Assembly (NCBI GenBank): GCA_036675815.1
Contig: JAKFEE010000021.1
Span: 278,328-342,327 of the forward strand
Direction: 5' to 3'
Source: Rhodospirillaceae bacterium
Lineage (GTDB): Bacteria; Pseudomonadota; Alphaproteobacteria; Rhodospirillales; Magnetospirillaceae
DNA: 64,000 bases
The notes below the pieces were generated by a model that searched no databases, was not told the origin of the DNA, and worked only from the letters and a program-made list of their open reading frames with translations. Below are positions 10,315-20,912 of the stretch, in pieces; position 1 is the stretch's first letter, and each line of letters starts with the position of its first letter. Made by a program: the position numbers and the translations under genes.

Positions 10315-10727
10315 GGGAGCCTTTCCCGGTGTGAATATGCTGAATTCGAGGCTGAGGCAACTGAATTGACCGCCACCAATAATCCCCAACAAATGGTGCA
10401 AAGGCCTTGGCCTTTCTGCCTCTTTCGAAATCAAGCAGCACAGCCCGCCTTCGTTTTACGCTAGTCCGCCCCACTGTTTCCCAACCTATGGCAGCGACCT
10501 CTCCGCCGATTAGGCAAACACGATTCCCGATGTGTTAGACAACGGCGGTTGAAGGTCATATGGGAGCAGTGGCGCGAATTTGAAGTCGTAAAATCTATGC
10601 CGCGTGCATGCCCAAGATGGCCGCGCGGCATGACGGCTGCACGCCCGGCGGGGCGAACGACCCGGCGGGGCAAGTATGGGCTGGACCGGACTGTGGCGGT
10701 GAGGCCGGACGGGTGTGGCGATACGGC

Positions 10728-11312
10728 CTATTTTTCGGGTTTGCCCTTCCCGGACAGGGCGTCGAGTTGGTGCTGCATGGCGTTGAGGCGGGCCTGCAGG
10801 TCGTCCAGCGGCGAGCGCGGCTGGCCGGGCTCGCCCTCGCCATCCTTGTAGAACGGCGTGAACATCTTCATGGCGTTTTCAAAAAACGCCACGTTTTGCT
10901 TGCCCATCTCCTCGAAGGGGCTGAACGGAAACATTCCCTCCAAAGTGTTCTTCATGTAATCGCGCATCTGTTCCTGATTGCGCGCAAACGACTGCATCGA
11001 ATATTCGAGATAGCGCGGCACCAAACCGCTCAGGGAGTCGCCGTAGAAGCTGATCAACTGCCGCAGGAAACTGATGGGCAGCAGGTTCTGCCCACCTTTT
11101 TGCTCTTCCTCGACGATGATCTGGGTCAGCACCGAACGCGTGATGTCCTCGCCGGATTTCGCGTCATAGACGACGAAATCGACACCGTCCTTCACCATTT
11201 GGCACAGGTGGTCGAGTGTCACGTAACTGCTGGTCGCGGTGTTGTACAGCCGCCGGTTGGCGTATTTCTTGATGGTGACCGGCGTCTGGCCGCTCTTGGT
11301 GGTCTCTGGCAT
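10728..11312 (-). CDS. phaR: polyhydroxyalkanoate synthesis repressor PhaR
   Basis: MPETTKSGQTPVTIKKYANRRLYNT..SSYVTLD is the PhaR N-terminal signature. ATG at 11312 (194 aa). Confidence 0.92.
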   Translation of the reverse strand: MPETTKSGQTPVTIKKYANRRLYNTATSSYVTLDHLCQMVKDGVDFVVYDAKSGEDITRSVLTQIIVEEEQKGGQNLLPISFLRQLISFYGDSLSGLVPRYLEYSMQSFARNQEQMRDYMKNTLEGMFPFSPFEEMGKQNVAFFENAMKMFTPFYKDGEGEPGQPRSPLDDLQARLNAMQHQLDALSGKGKPEK

Positions 11313-11450
11313 CTTTCGCCGCCCCGTTTGGCTACACCTGCAAGATAGCAGAATTTTCCGGAAGTTACCGCTGCGCAACATGTTTTTTGCGGGGGCGAAA
11401 CTCGTCCGCCACCCCTGGTCAAGCCGACCCTCTTCCCCTATAGTCGCGCC

Positions 11451-11819
11451 ATGTCCGCAGCACCCGAAATCGCGGCGCTGGCGCGCCGCTATCTCGACCT
11501 TTGGCAGGATCACATGGCGGCGATGGCCGCCGATCCGGCGCTGGCAAACGCGCTCGCCAAGGCGGCAACCGCCTTCGCCAGCGAGTTGCATCGGGCGTTC
11601 CATGGAGAGGGATCTGCCTCGGATGCTGCAGCACGACCGGGTTCAGCCGCGCCGTCGCGGACCGCGGCCCCTGCCGCTTCATCTGCTGACGCAGGCGGCG
11701 ATCCTGTCGAGTTGGCCCGTCGGCTTGAGCGCCTTGAGCTGCGGCTTGCCGCTCTGGAAGCCCAGTCTGGCGCCGCGGGCGGAAACTCTTCGCAACGAAC
11801 TCGGCGCCGTCACCCCTGA
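11451..11819 (+). CDS. small hypothetical protein upstream of and overlapping the phaC-like gene (helical N-terminus, Ala/Pro/Ser linker, coiled-coil-like RLERLELRLAALE tail); alternatively the frameshifted 5' end of phaC
   Basis: ATG 11451. By eye, third-position G/C is clearly high for about the first 50 codons. The frame stays open to 11819, which overlaps the phaC frame by about 200 nt. Confidence 0.45.
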   Translation: MSAAPEIAALARRYLDLWQDHMAAMAADPALANALAKAATAFASELHRAFHGEGSASDAAARPGSAAPSRTAAPAASSADAGGDPVELARRLERLELRLAALEAQSGAAGGNSSQRTRRRHP

Positions 11820-12903
11820 CCAGTTGAACGCCGCCGTGGATGCCGAGGCGCGGCGGCGGCTCTGCGCATTCCTCGATGGCATCGAAGCCTATCAGCGCCA
11901 TCCCTACCGACGCGAATTGCCCGACGCTCCCGTCGTCTGGCGTGAGGGGGCGACCCGGCTCCTGGACTATGGGAGCGACCCTCTGGCACCGGCGGTGCTG
12001 GTGGTGCCGTCGCTGGTCAATCGCTATTACGTGCTGGATCTGAGGCCGCGCCGCAGCTTGGTGCGCTACCTGGCCGCACGCGGGTTGCGGCCGCTGGTGG
12101 TCGACTGGGGCATGCCGGGCGAGGCCGAGGCCGACTTCTCGCTCGACGACTACATCGCCAGCCGCCTCGAGGCGATGCTGGGCATCGCCAGCGGCGACGG
12201 CAAGGCCGCGGTGCTCGGCTACTGCATGGGCGGGCTGCTGGCGGTGGCGCTGGCGGCGCGATGCCCGCAACGCGTCAGCGGCCTCGCCTTGCTGGCGACG
12301 CCGTGGGACTTCCACTCCGGCAACGGCGCACCCGGCCACGCCCTGGCCACGCTGCGCCCCTGGCTCGACGCCGCGGCCACCGGCGGCCTGCCCGTGGACA
12401 TCCTGCAGGCCATGTTCGCGGCGGTCGATCCGACGCATGTCACGCGCAAGTTCCAAGCCTTCGCCCAATTCCCGGCCAAGAGCGCCCGGGCGCGCGATTT
12501 TGTCGCCCTCGAGGACTGGCTGAACGATGGCGTGCCACTGGTGGGCAAGGTGGCCCAGCAATGCCTGCACGGCTGGTACGCCGACAACGAACCGGGGCGG
12601 GGCACCTGGCGGGTCGGCGGTGCCGCCGTCAGGCCGGAACGGATTGCCGTGCCGGCGCTGGTCTTGGTGCCCGGGCGCGACCGCCTCGTGCCTCCCCCGT
12701 CGGCCCTGGCCCTGGGGCGGACCTTGCCCGAAGCGCGGGTCCGTATCGTCGATGCCGGTCATATCGGTATGATCGCCGGCCGGGTGGCAACGACCAAAGT
12801 CTATGCCCCTCTCGCCAAGTGGCTGAGGCATGTTGCAGTGCAACCTTCCGCTTGCGCGCTAGCATCCCTTCCCGTAAAGACCAGAATAGCAAGGGCGGTT
12901 TAA
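11623..12903 (+). CDS. phaC: class III-like poly(3-hydroxyalkanoate) synthase / alpha-beta hydrolase (PhaC-type)
   Basis: GYCMGG lipase-box with Cys nucleophile, plus AYQRHPYRR..VVWREGATRLLDY..PSLVNRYYVLDL.. as in the COG3243 family. Start is ATG 11623 or 11602. The track ORF start at 11239 is not credible because it would overlap phaR. Confidence 0.78.
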   Translation: MLQHDRVQPRRRGPRPLPLHLLTQAAILSSWPVGLSALSCGLPLWKPSLAPRAETLRNELGAVTPDQLNAAVDAEARRRLCAFLDGIEAYQRHPYRRELPDAPVVWREGATRLLDYGSDPLAPAVLVVPSLVNRYYVLDLRPRRSLVRYLAARGLRPLVVDWGMPGEAEADFSLDDYIASRLEAMLGIASGDGKAAVLGYCMGGLLAVALAARCPQRVSGLALLATPWDFHSGNGAPGHALATLRPWLDAAATGGLPVDILQAMFAAVDPTHVTRKFQAFAQFPAKSARARDFVALEDWLNDGVPLVGKVAQQCLHGWYADNEPGRGTWRVGGAAVRPERIAVPALVLVPGRDRLVPPPSALALGRTLPEARVRIVDAGHIGMIAGRVATTKVYAPLAKWLRHVAVQPSACALASLPVKTRIARAV

Positions 12904-12945
12904 TTTTCGGCGCCCGATCCGCACCTAATACGTCAGGAGAGTTCC

Positions 12946-14118
12946 ATGACCGATGTCGTCATTGCTGCCGCCACTCGCACGCCGATCGGCGCGTTCAATG
13001 GCAGCTTGAGCGGCTTTTCCGCCGCCGATCTTGGCCAGGTGGTGATCGCAGAACTTCTGCGCCGTGCCCGGGTGGAAGCCGCCGAAGTCAACGAGGTGGT
13101 GATGGGCCAGGTACTGACCGCCGGCACCGGCCAGAACCCGGCCCGCCAAGCGGCGATCGCCGCCGGACTGCCCCAGGAGACCACCGCCTACGTCATCAAC
13201 CAGGTGTGCGGCTCGGGCCTGCGCACGGTGGCGCTGGGCTATCAGGCGATCAAGGCCGGTGATTCCGCCATCGTCGTCGCCGGTGGCCAGGAGAGCATGT
13301 CCAACGCGCCGCACTGCATGCATCTGCGCAACGGCGTCAAGATGGGCGACGCCCAGATGATCGACACCATGATCAAGGACGGCCTGTGGGATGCCTTCAA
13401 CGGCTATCACATGGGCACCACCGCCGAGAACGTGGCACAGAAGTGGCAGATCACGCGTGAGCAGCAGGACGCGCTCGCCGCCGCCTCGCAGCAGAAGGCG
13501 GAAGCCGCGATCAAGGCCGGCAAGTTCAAGGACGAGATCGTGCCGGTGAAGGTTGTGGTGAAGAAGGAAGAGCGCGCCTTCGACACCGACGAGTATCCGC
13601 GCGCCGGCACCACGGCCGAGGCCCTGGCCAAGCTGCGCCCGGCCTTCGCCAAGGACGGCACCGTCACCGCCGGCAACGCCTCGGGCATCAACGACGGCGC
13701 TTCGGCGGTGCTGTTGATGAGCGCCACCGAGGCCCAGCGCCGCGGCCTGACGCCGCTGGCCCGCATCGCCGCGTGGGCGACGGCCGGCGTCGACCCGGCG
13801 GTGATGGGCACGGGGCCGATCCCGGCCAGCCGGCTGGCCCTGCAGAAGGCCGGCTGGAAGGCGGGCGACCTGGACCTGGTCGAGGCCAACGAGGCCTTCG
13901 CCGCCCAGGCCTGCGCCGTCAACAAGGAGATGGGTTGGGATCCGGCCAAGGTGAACGTCAACGGTGGCGCCATCGCGCTCGGCCATCCCATCGGCGCCTC
14001 GGGCAATCGCGTGCTGGTGACGCTGTTGCACGAAATGATCAAGCGCGACGCCAAGAAGGGCTTGGCGACACTGTGCATCGGCGGCGGCATGGGCATCGCG
14101 CTCTGCGTCGAGCGCTAA
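12946..14118 (+). CDS. phaA: acetyl-CoA acetyltransferase (beta-ketothiolase)
   Basis: Full-length thiolase: [10 protein letters not shown] (active-site Cys), [15 protein letters not shown] and CIGGGMG motifs. Confidence 0.93.
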   Translation: MTDVVIAAATRTPIGAFNGSLSGFSAADLGQVVIAELLRRARVEAAEVNEVVMGQVLTAGTGQNPARQAAIAAGLPQETTAYVINQVCGSGLRTVALGYQAIKAGDSAIVVAGGQESMSNAPHCMHLRNGVKMGDAQMIDTMIKDGLWDAFNGYHMGTTAENVAQKWQITREQQDALAAASQQKAEAAIKAGKFKDEIVPVKVVVKKEERAFDTDEYPRAGTTAEALAKLRPAFAKDGTVTAGNASGINDGASAVLLMSATEAQRRGLTPLARIAAWATAGVDPAVMGTGPIPASRLALQKAGWKAGDLDLVEANEAFAAQACAVNKEMGWDPAKVNVNGGAIALGHPIGASGNRVLVTLLHEMIKRDAKKGLATLCIGGGMGIALCVER

Positions 14119-14222
14119 AGGCATGAGGGGCCGTGATCGTGCGGCCCCTCTCGGTTTCGAGGGGATCAAGGGGGACGGGGTGAGGGCAAGCCGTATCGGC
14201 AGATAACTCGAGGAGGAGCGAC

Positions 14223-14945
14223 ATGGGGCGCGTTGCACTGGTTACTGGAGGGACCCGCGGCATCGGCCGCGCCATATCCGTGGCGCTGAGCCAGGCCGGA
14301 TATCGCGTCGCCGCCAACTACCACGGTAATGTCGAGGCCGCGCAGCGGTTCACCGAAGAAACCGGGATTCCCACGTTCCGCTGGGACGTTTCCAAATTCG
14401 ACGAGTGTCGGTCGGCGATCGAAACCATCGCCAAGGAGATCGGCCCGATCGAGGTGTTGGTCAACAATGCCGGCATCACCCGCGATGCCACCCTCCACCG
14501 CATGAGCTACCAGCAGTGGGAGGACGTGATCCATACCAATCTCACCTCCTGCTTCAACACCTGCCGGCTGGTCATCGATTCCATGCGCGAACACGGCTTC
14601 GGCCGCATCGTCAACATCGGCTCGATCAACGGCCAGGCCGGGCAATACGGGCAAGCCAACTACGCCGCCGCCAAGTCGGGCATCCACGGCTTCACCAAGG
14701 CCCTGGCCCAGGAAGGCGCCGCCAAGGGCATCACCGTCAACGCCATCGCCCCGGGCTATGTCGACACCGACATGGTGCGCTCGGTACCGCAGGCGGTGCT
14801 GGAGAAGATCATCGCCAAGATCCCGGCCGGGCGTCTCGGCCGCGCCGAGGACATTGCGCGCGGCGTGCTGTTTCTGGTGGCCGATGATGCCGATTTCATC
14901 ACCGGCTCGACCCTTTCGATCAACGGCGGCCAGCACATGTACTGA
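14223..14945 (+). CDS. phaB: acetoacetyl-CoA reductase (short-chain dehydrogenase/reductase)
   Basis: VALVTGGTRGIG..NNAGIT..YAAAKSG(IH)GFTK; 240 aa, directly downstream of phaA. Confidence 0.9.
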   Translation: MGRVALVTGGTRGIGRAISVALSQAGYRVAANYHGNVEAAQRFTEETGIPTFRWDVSKFDECRSAIETIAKEIGPIEVLVNNAGITRDATLHRMSYQQWEDVIHTNLTSCFNTCRLVIDSMREHGFGRIVNIGSINGQAGQYGQANYAAAKSGIHGFTKALAQEGAAKGITVNAIAPGYVDTDMVRSVPQAVLEKIIAKIPAGRLGRAEDIARGVLFLVADDADFITGSTLSINGGQHMY

Positions 14946-15114
14946 GGCGGGCGACGCCGGCTGGCGGGGAGCCGCGCATGGCGCCGCTTCCCGCCAATGA
15001 TCGGCATGCCGCCCCCCCTCGGTCACGCGAATGCAGGGCACGGAACCGCTGGCGGAAAGCGCCCGTTGCCACCATATCCCCCGTCTGGCCCAACGGCGAG
15101 AGCATGCAACCATC

Positions 15115-15417
15115 ATGGTCGATCGTGGCACCAAGCGGAAATGCCCGCATTGCGGCACCAGCTATTACGACCTGAACCGCCAGCCGATTACCTGTCCGAA
15201 ATGCGCCGCCGCTTACGAGATGAGCATACCGGTGCGTCCGGCGCGTGGCCGCGCCGTGGTGCCGCCACCGCGCCCTCGCGACGAATTGGAACGTGAGGAC
15301 GCGGCCGAGGATGAAGAGGTCGAGTCGGCGGAAAGCGAGTTCGAAGAGGCGGAAGACCTGCCGGCCGATGAAGAAACCTTCGTCTCGCCGGACGACGAGA
15401 ACGAGGACCGCGACTAA
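15115..15417 (+). CDS. TIGR02300 (FYDLN_acid) family zinc-ribbon protein with an acidic tail
   Basis: GTKRKCPHCGTSYYDLNRQPITCPKCAAAY followed by an Asp/Glu-rich C-terminus. Internal ATG at 15115. Confidence 0.75.
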   Translation: MVDRGTKRKCPHCGTSYYDLNRQPITCPKCAAAYEMSIPVRPARGRAVVPPPRPRDELEREDAAEDEEVESAESEFEEAEDLPADEETFVSPDDENEDRD

Positions 15418-15427
15418 CGCAGCGCCC

Positions 15428-16504
15428 TTACTGCGGCAGAGGCCTCTGCGAGCCGTTCGCCGCCTCGAGGAATGCCACCAGATCGGCGATTTCCGCGTCC
15501 GAAAGGCCCAACGGCTCGAGTTCCGGCGAGGTGGCGTCGCCCGAGCCACCGCCGCGGTCGTAGAACTTCACCACGTCTTCCAGCGTCGCCAGGGCACCAT
15601 TGTGCATGTAGGGCGGCGACTTGGCGACGTTGCGCAAGCCCATGGTGCGGAACTTGCCGAAATCTTCCGGTTTCTTGGTCACCAGGGCGCGACCGGGGTC
15701 GCGCGTCAGGGTGGCCCAGCCCTCGTAGTCCATTCGTTTGGCATCGAAGCGGAGCGCCGCAAGGACCTCGGGGGCCTGCAGGTTATCTTCCGGCACGCCG
15801 AGATCGTGGAAGGCATTGTCGGTCATCGCCGGGCCGCCGTGGCAGGTGATGCACCGGCCCTTGCCTATGAACACCGCCAAGCCCCGTTTTTCGAATTCGC
15901 TCAACGCCGACTCGTCGCCATCCATGTAGCGGTCCAGAGGGCTGTTTTCAAACACGAGCGTCCGCTCATGCGAGCCCAGGGCCTGGCCGATGCGCTCGCC
16001 GGTGATGCGCTCGTTGCCGAATGCCGCGGCGAACAGCCGCGGATACTCGGGATGGGTCTTCAACTGCTCGACCAGCAGGTCGAGATTGGTGTTGAGGTGC
16101 AGGATGTTCTCGATCGGCCCCAACGCCTGCTTGTCCAGCGCGCCGGCGCGGCCATCCCAGATCAGTGGTGCGGCGAAGGCGACGTTGACCAGCGTCGGCG
16201 AGTGGCGGCGCTCGGCCTTGCTGGGATAGGCCGGACCCAGTGCCTGCGGCACGGCGAAACCGTGATTGGGGAGATGGCAACTCTGGCAAGACAGGCTGCC
16301 ATCGCCGGACAACAGCGGGTCTTCGAACAATTTCTTGCCCAGCGCCGCTTTGGCCGCGGTCAACGGATTCTCGGGCGGCACCGGTACCGGCCCGAGATGG
16401 CCGATGGCCGCCTTGACCTCGGCCGGCGTCGGCACCTCAGCCGCCGGGGCCGGCGCCGTCAGGGACAGTGTCAAGGCAAGCACGAGCACGCCGATGACCC
16501 GCAT
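15428..16504 (-). CDS. di-haem cytochrome c peroxidase (CCP/MauG family)
   Basis: Two CxxCH haem sites (CQSCH, CITCH). Signal peptide from internal ATG 16504, preceded by GGAGGG. Confidence 0.85.
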   Translation of the reverse strand: MRVIGVLVLALTLSLTAPAPAAEVPTPAEVKAAIGHLGPVPVPPENPLTAAKAALGKKLFEDPLLSGDGSLSCQSCHLPNHGFAVPQALGPAYPSKAERRHSPTLVNVAFAAPLIWDGRAGALDKQALGPIENILHLNTNLDLLVEQLKTHPEYPRLFAAAFGNERITGERIGQALGSHERTLVFENSPLDRYMDGDESALSEFEKRGLAVFIGKGRCITCHGGPAMTDNAFHDLGVPEDNLQAPEVLAALRFDAKRMDYEGWATLTRDPGRALVTKKPEDFGKFRTMGLRNVAKSPPYMHNGALATLEDVVKFYDRGGGSGDATSPELEPLGLSDAEIADLVAFLEAANGSQRPLPQ

Positions 16505-16642
16505 GGCGACCCTCCGATGCTGATCGAATGGCCGGCAGCCTAGCAACCGAACGGCGGCGCCGTCGCCGTTTCAGAGGGATGCGTTGGGGGCGAAGTTGGG
16601 CGACCAGCGGCGGCGCGGGCCCGAAGCTAAGGCTTGGCGCGA

Positions 16643-17551
16643 CTAGTCCCGCTTGATCAGCGTACCGGCTCCGTGGGGGGTGAATATCTCCAGCAGCAGC
16701 GCGTGCGGCACGCGGCCGTCGAGGATCACCGCCGCCTCGACGCCCATGGCCACCGCCTCCAGGCAGGTCTCGACCTTGGGAATCATGCCGCCGCTGATGG
16801 TGCCGTCGGCGATCAGCTGCCGGGCCTGAGTGGCGGTCATTTCCTCGATGAGATTGCCTTGTTTGTCGAGCACGCCGACGACGTCGGTCAGCATGAACAG
16901 CCGCGCCGCGTTGACGGCACCGGCGATGGTGCCGGCGGCGGTATCGGCGTTGATGTTGTAGGTCTCGCCGTTGGCGCCGGCACCGACCGGCGCGATCACC
17001 GGGATGATGTCGGTCTCGCGGAAATAGTCGAGGATGTGCGGCGTGATCTCGCTAGGCTCGCCGACGAAGCCGAGATCGAGGATCTTCTCGATGTTGGAAT
17101 CGGGGTCCTTCTTCGAGCGGCGCAGCTTGCGCGCCCGGATCAGGTGGCCGTCCTTGCCCGACAGCCCGACGGCGAAGCCGCCGGCCTCGTTGATGGCCGA
17201 GACGATCTGCTTGTTGATCAGCCCCGACAGCACCATTTCGACCACCTCGACGGTGGCGTGGTCGGTGACGCGCAGGCCGTCGATGAAGTCGCTCTTGATC
17301 TTCAGGCGATCGAGCATCTGGCCGATCTGCGGCCCGCCGCCGTGCACGACCACCGGATTGACGCCGACCTGGCGGATCAGCACGACGTCACGCGCGAACA
17401 GGTGCGCCAGGTCGGCATTCTCCATGGCGTGGCCGCCGTACTTGATGACGAAGGTCTCGCCGGCGTACTGGCGCATGTAGGGCAGCGCCTCCGACAGCGT
17501 CTTCGCCTTCTCCAGCCAGGCCTCGTGTTCCTCGTTCGACGTCGCGCTCAT
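16643..17551 (-). CDS. argB: acetylglutamate kinase
   Basis: [43 protein letters not shown] 17551 overlaps the engB stop (ATGA). Confidence 0.93.
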   Translation of the reverse strand: MSATSNEEHEAWLEKAKTLSEALPYMRQYAGETFVIKYGGHAMENADLAHLFARDVVLIRQVGVNPVVVHGGGPQIGQMLDRLKIKSDFIDGLRVTDHATVEVVEMVLSGLINKQIVSAINEAGGFAVGLSGKDGHLIRARKLRRSKKDPDSNIEKILDLGFVGEPSEITPHILDYFRETDIIPVIAPVGAGANGETYNINADTAAGTIAGAVNAARLFMLTDVVGVLDKQGNLIEEMTATQARQLIADGTISGGMIPKVETCLEAVAMGVEAAVILDGRVPHALLLEIFTPHGAGTLIKRD

Positions 17552-18261
17552 GGGGTCGGTTCCTCGGATGGGGCGAGCGCCAGCGCCGCCAGCGCGGCGC
17601 GCAGCTCGGCAATGCCTACGCCCTCGCGGGCGCTGGTGGCAAGGATTTCGGGATGGGCGGCGGGACGCTTGGCGATGGCGCCGGCCACCTCGGCGCGCAC
17701 GCGGTCGAGCTCGGCCGCCGTGATCTTGTCGGCCTTGGTCAGCACCACCTGATAGACGACGGCGGCGCCGTCCAGCATGGCCATCACCTCGCGGTCGACG
17801 TCCTTGAGGCCGTGGCGGCTGTCGATGAGCACGCAGGCACGGCGCAGCACGGTGCGGCCGCGCAGGTAGTCGTTGACCAGCCGTGTCCAATTGGCCACCA
17901 GGTGTTTCGGCGCCTGGGCGTAGCCGTAGCCGGGCAGGTCGACCAGCATCAGGCGGCGGCCGAGATCGAAGAAGTTGAGCTGCTGGGTTCGCCCGGGCGT
18001 GACCGAGGTGCGCGCCAGGGTCGAGCGGCCGGTCAGGGCGTTGATCAGGCTGGACTTGCCGACGTTGGAGCGCCCGGCGAAGGCGATCTCGGGCAGAGCC
18101 GCCGGCGGCAGGATGTCGAGCGTGGCGGCGCCCATCACGAACTGGCACTGCTGGGCGAACAAGAGGCGCCCGGCTTCACGAAGCCGGGCCGCCTCCTCTT
18201 CGGGAGATGCGGGCGCGTCGGGCGTCAGGGTTTCACTCCCATCTGCCGCATGATCACCCAC
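17548..18261 (-). CDS. engB: ribosome biogenesis GTP-binding protein YihA/EngB
   Basis: P-loop [18 protein letters not shown], then DLPGYGYA and TKADK. There is no in-frame ATG upstream of the conserved N-terminal region. GTG 18261 (overlapping the yidC 3' end) is my best guess, and ATG 18135 would truncate conserved sequence. Confidence 0.75.
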   Translation of the reverse strand: MGDHAADGSETLTPDAPASPEEEAARLREAGRLLFAQQCQFVMGAATLDILPPAALPEIAFAGRSNVGKSSLINALTGRSTLARTSVTPGRTQQLNFFDLGRRLMLVDLPGYGYAQAPKHLVANWTRLVNDYLRGRTVLRRACVLIDSRHGLKDVDREVMAMLDGAAVVYQVVLTKADKITAAELDRVRAEVAGAIAKRPAAHPEILATSAREGVGIAELRAALAALALAPSEEPTP

Positions 18262-19931
18262 TGCTGGATGATCGACAGCGTGTTCGACCACGCCCAGTAA
18301 ATGACCAATCCCGCCGGGAAGGTCGCCAGCATGAAGGTAAACACGATGGGCAGCAGCATGAACATCTTGGCCTGCACCGGGTCGGCCGGCTGCGGGTTCA
18401 GCTTCTGCTGCAGGAACATGGTGACGCCCATGATCAGCGGCCACACGCCGATGTGCAGGAGCTCCGGCGGCGTCCACGGGATCAGCCCGAACAGGTTGAA
18501 GATGGTCGTCGGATCGGGCGCCGACAGGTCCTGGATCCAGCCGTAGAAGGGAGCGTGGCGCATCTCGATGGTGACGAACAGCACCTTGTACAGCGCGAAG
18601 AACACCGGAATCTGGATGATGACCGGCAAGCAGCCCGAGACCGGGTTGGCCTTCTCGCGCTTATACAGCGCCATCAGCTCCTGGTTCATGCGCACGCGAT
18701 CGTCGCTGAAGCGCTCCTGCAGCTGTTTGATCTCCGGCTGCAGCTTCTTCATCTTGCTCATCGCCTTGTACGACTTGTTCGCCAAGGGGAAGAGCGCCAG
18801 CTTGATGACGACGGTCAGCGCCAGGATGGCGAGGCCGAAATTGCCCAGCACGCCGTTGAAGAACTTCAGGATGTAGAAGAACGGCTTGGTCAGGAAATAG
18901 AACCAGCCGAAGTCGATGGCGAGATCGAAGCGCTCGATGCCGTACTTCTCTTCGTAGGCGTCGAGCAGAGTGAGCTCCTTGGCCCCGGCGAACAGCAGGC
19001 TGGTTTCCTCGGCACCGGAGCCGGGCGGCACGGTCACCACCGCCCCCAGGAAGTCGGTCTGATACTTGCGCACGCCGTCATCGGCGCGCTGGGTCATGCG
19101 CATCGCCACCGCCTCGCCGGCGCCGGGTGCCAGCGCCGCCAGCCAGTATTTGTCGGTGATGCCGATCCAGCCGCCGACGCTGTCCTGCTTGACGCTGCCG
19201 TCCTCGTCCAGGGTCGAATAGTCGACCTCGTGCAGCGTGCCGTCGAACACCCCCAGCGGCCCCTCGTGCAGGAGGTACATATCCTGGATTTCGGGCATGC
19301 CGGTGCGGCTGACCAGGGCGTACGGATGCAACTGGACCGCCTGCCCGGTGTTGTTCTCGACCCGCTGCTTCACCGAGAACATGTAGTTCTGATCGACGGT
19401 GATGGTGCGAACGAAGCGCAAGCCCTGGCCGTTGTCCCAACTCAGCACCAGCGGCGCCTCGGCGGTCAGTGCCTGGCCCTCGGCCTGCCACACGGTGTCG
19501 GGGCCGGGAACCGCCAGCGCCTGGCCGGCGCCCGGCACCCAGCCGAACTCGGCGTAATAGGGATGCGGAGCGCCTGCCGGCGAGAACAGCTCGATCTCCG
19601 GACTCTGCGGCTTCGGCTCGACGTGGTAGTCGACGAGCGTGAGGTCGTCGATGCGGCCGCCCTTGAGCGACACCGAGCCGTGCAGCCGGGGCGTGCGGAT
19701 GGGCACGCGCGGCGCCGCCTGTAGTGCCTGCGGCCGCGTCTGCGCCACCGTTGCGGCGGTGCCGAGCGGCGCCTGCGCCGACTGCCCCGGGGCAGTCGGC
19801 AGCGGCTGCGCCTGCTCGGTGGTCTGCACCGGCGGTTGCGGTGATTCGAACAGGAACTGGAAGCCCAGCAGGATGGCGACCGACACGGCGATCGCGAGGA
19901 TGAGGTTACGCTGTTCCGATTTGTCGTTCAT
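18225..19931 (-). CDS. yidC: membrane protein insertase YidC
   Basis: 568 aa with an N-terminal TM, a large periplasmic domain and the conserved C-terminal 60-kDa IMP core (..[14 protein letters not shown]..). Confidence 0.93.
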   Translation of the reverse strand: MNDKSEQRNLILAIAVSVAILLGFQFLFESPQPPVQTTEQAQPLPTAPGQSAQAPLGTAATVAQTRPQALQAAPRVPIRTPRLHGSVSLKGGRIDDLTLVDYHVEPKPQSPEIELFSPAGAPHPYYAEFGWVPGAGQALAVPGPDTVWQAEGQALTAEAPLVLSWDNGQGLRFVRTITVDQNYMFSVKQRVENNTGQAVQLHPYALVSRTGMPEIQDMYLLHEGPLGVFDGTLHEVDYSTLDEDGSVKQDSVGGWIGITDKYWLAALAPGAGEAVAMRMTQRADDGVRKYQTDFLGAVVTVPPGSGAEETSLLFAGAKELTLLDAYEEKYGIERFDLAIDFGWFYFLTKPFFYILKFFNGVLGNFGLAILALTVVIKLALFPLANKSYKAMSKMKKLQPEIKQLQERFSDDRVRMNQELMALYKREKANPVSGCLPVIIQIPVFFALYKVLFVTIEMRHAPFYGWIQDLSAPDPTTIFNLFGLIPWTPPELLHIGVWPLIMGVTMFLQQKLNPQPADPVQAKMFMLLPIVFTFMLATFPAGLVIYWAWSNTLSIIQQWVIMRQMGVKP

Positions 19932-19946
19932 ATCCGGCTTGGCCTG

Positions 19947-20201
19947 TCAGTGATGGCGGCAGCCGCAGCCGGTTGGCTCCGGTCTTGGCACGGGGTCGTA
20001 TCCCGATCCGCCCCAGGGATGGCAACGGCACAGCCGCCGCAGCGCGAGCCATCCGCCCTTGAGCGGCCCATGCAGGGCGATCGCTTCGCCGGCATAGCTC
20101 GAGCAGGTGGGCAAATAGCGGCAGTTGGCCGGCAGGATCGGCGAGACGAACAGCTGATAGACGCGGATCAAGCCCCGCATGCCCAGACTCAAGGGATTCA
20201 T
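19947..20201 (-). CDS. yidD: membrane protein insertion efficiency factor YidD
   Basis: [33 protein letters not shown]; 84 aa. Confidence 0.9.
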   Translation of the reverse strand: MNPLSLGMRGLIRVYQLFVSPILPANCRYLPTCSSYAGEAIALHGPLKGGWLALRRLCRCHPWGGSGYDPVPRPEPTGCGCRHH

Positions 20202-20596
20202 GTGCCTACACCCTTGGTTTCGCCGGCACCCTGGCCTTCACGCCAGCCGCCGACGCGCTTCAGTGCCGTTTCCAGGTCCTTGAGCAGCAGCGCGAACGGC
20301 CGTGAAAGGGTTTCCTGCCGCCCGATCAACACGTAGTCGATGCCGGCGGCGGCTCGCAGAGGCATGATCTGCTCGGCGGCGGCTCGCAGGCGGCGGCGAG
20401 CCCGGTTGCGTGCCACGGAGTTGCCAACCTTGCGGCTGACCGTGAAGCCGATGCGGACGATCGGCGCGGCTTCGTCGCCTTCGATCGGCGGCACGGCCCT
20501 GGCGGCCTGCAGCACCAGCCCGGGGGCGGCCCATTTACGCCGGGCAGCGGCGACGCGGAGGAACTCCGCACGCCGCTTCAGGCGCGTAACCGCCAC
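20198..20596 (-). CDS. rnpA: ribonuclease P protein component
   Basis: [36 protein letters not shown] start, 4-nt overlap with yidD. Confidence 0.88.
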   Translation of the reverse strand: MAVTRLKRRAEFLRVAAARRKWAAPGLVLQAARAVPPIEGDEAAPIVRIGFTVSRKVGNSVARNRARRRLRAAAEQIMPLRAAAGIDYVLIGRQETLSRPFALLLKDLETALKRVGGWREGQGAGETKGVGT

Positions 20597-20603
20597 GCGG
20601 GTC

Positions 20604-20738
20604 CTAGGCCGACAGCCGCTTGCGGCCCTTGGCGCGACGTTCGTTGATGACGCGGCGGCCGCCGACGGTGGCCATGCGCGCGCGGAAGCCGTGGCGCCGG
20701 GCGCGGACGAGCTTGCTGGGCTGGTAAGTACGCTTCAC
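20604..20738 (-). CDS. rpmH: 50S ribosomal protein L34
   Basis: Not in the ORF track (44 aa). My reverse-strand translation gives (M/V)[43 protein letters not shown] with a GTG start. Confidence 0.9.
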   Translation of the reverse strand: MKRTYQPSKLVRARRHGFRARMATVGGRRVINERRAKGRKRLSA

Positions 20739-20912
20739 GGTCTTCTACTCCGAATTCGGCTTTCTAAATAAGTCCCGCTGTATAAGGGCTGATGCGGGGG
20801 GAAGTCAATCGCAGGCATAAGGCCAAGGGGGGTGCTTGGCCGAAAAGCTCCATTGCCTTGGGCGGCAACGCCCTGCTACACCTCGGGTTGCCGCCCACAG
20901 CCGTCGGTCGAC

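Noticed and set aside
14955-14995. Strong GC hairpin after phaB (ggcggggagccgcgc-atg-gcgccgcttcccgcc), considered as a terminator.
   Set aside because: No U-tract follows on either strand and there are two stem mismatches. It could be a structural element, but I cannot support calling it an intrinsic terminator.
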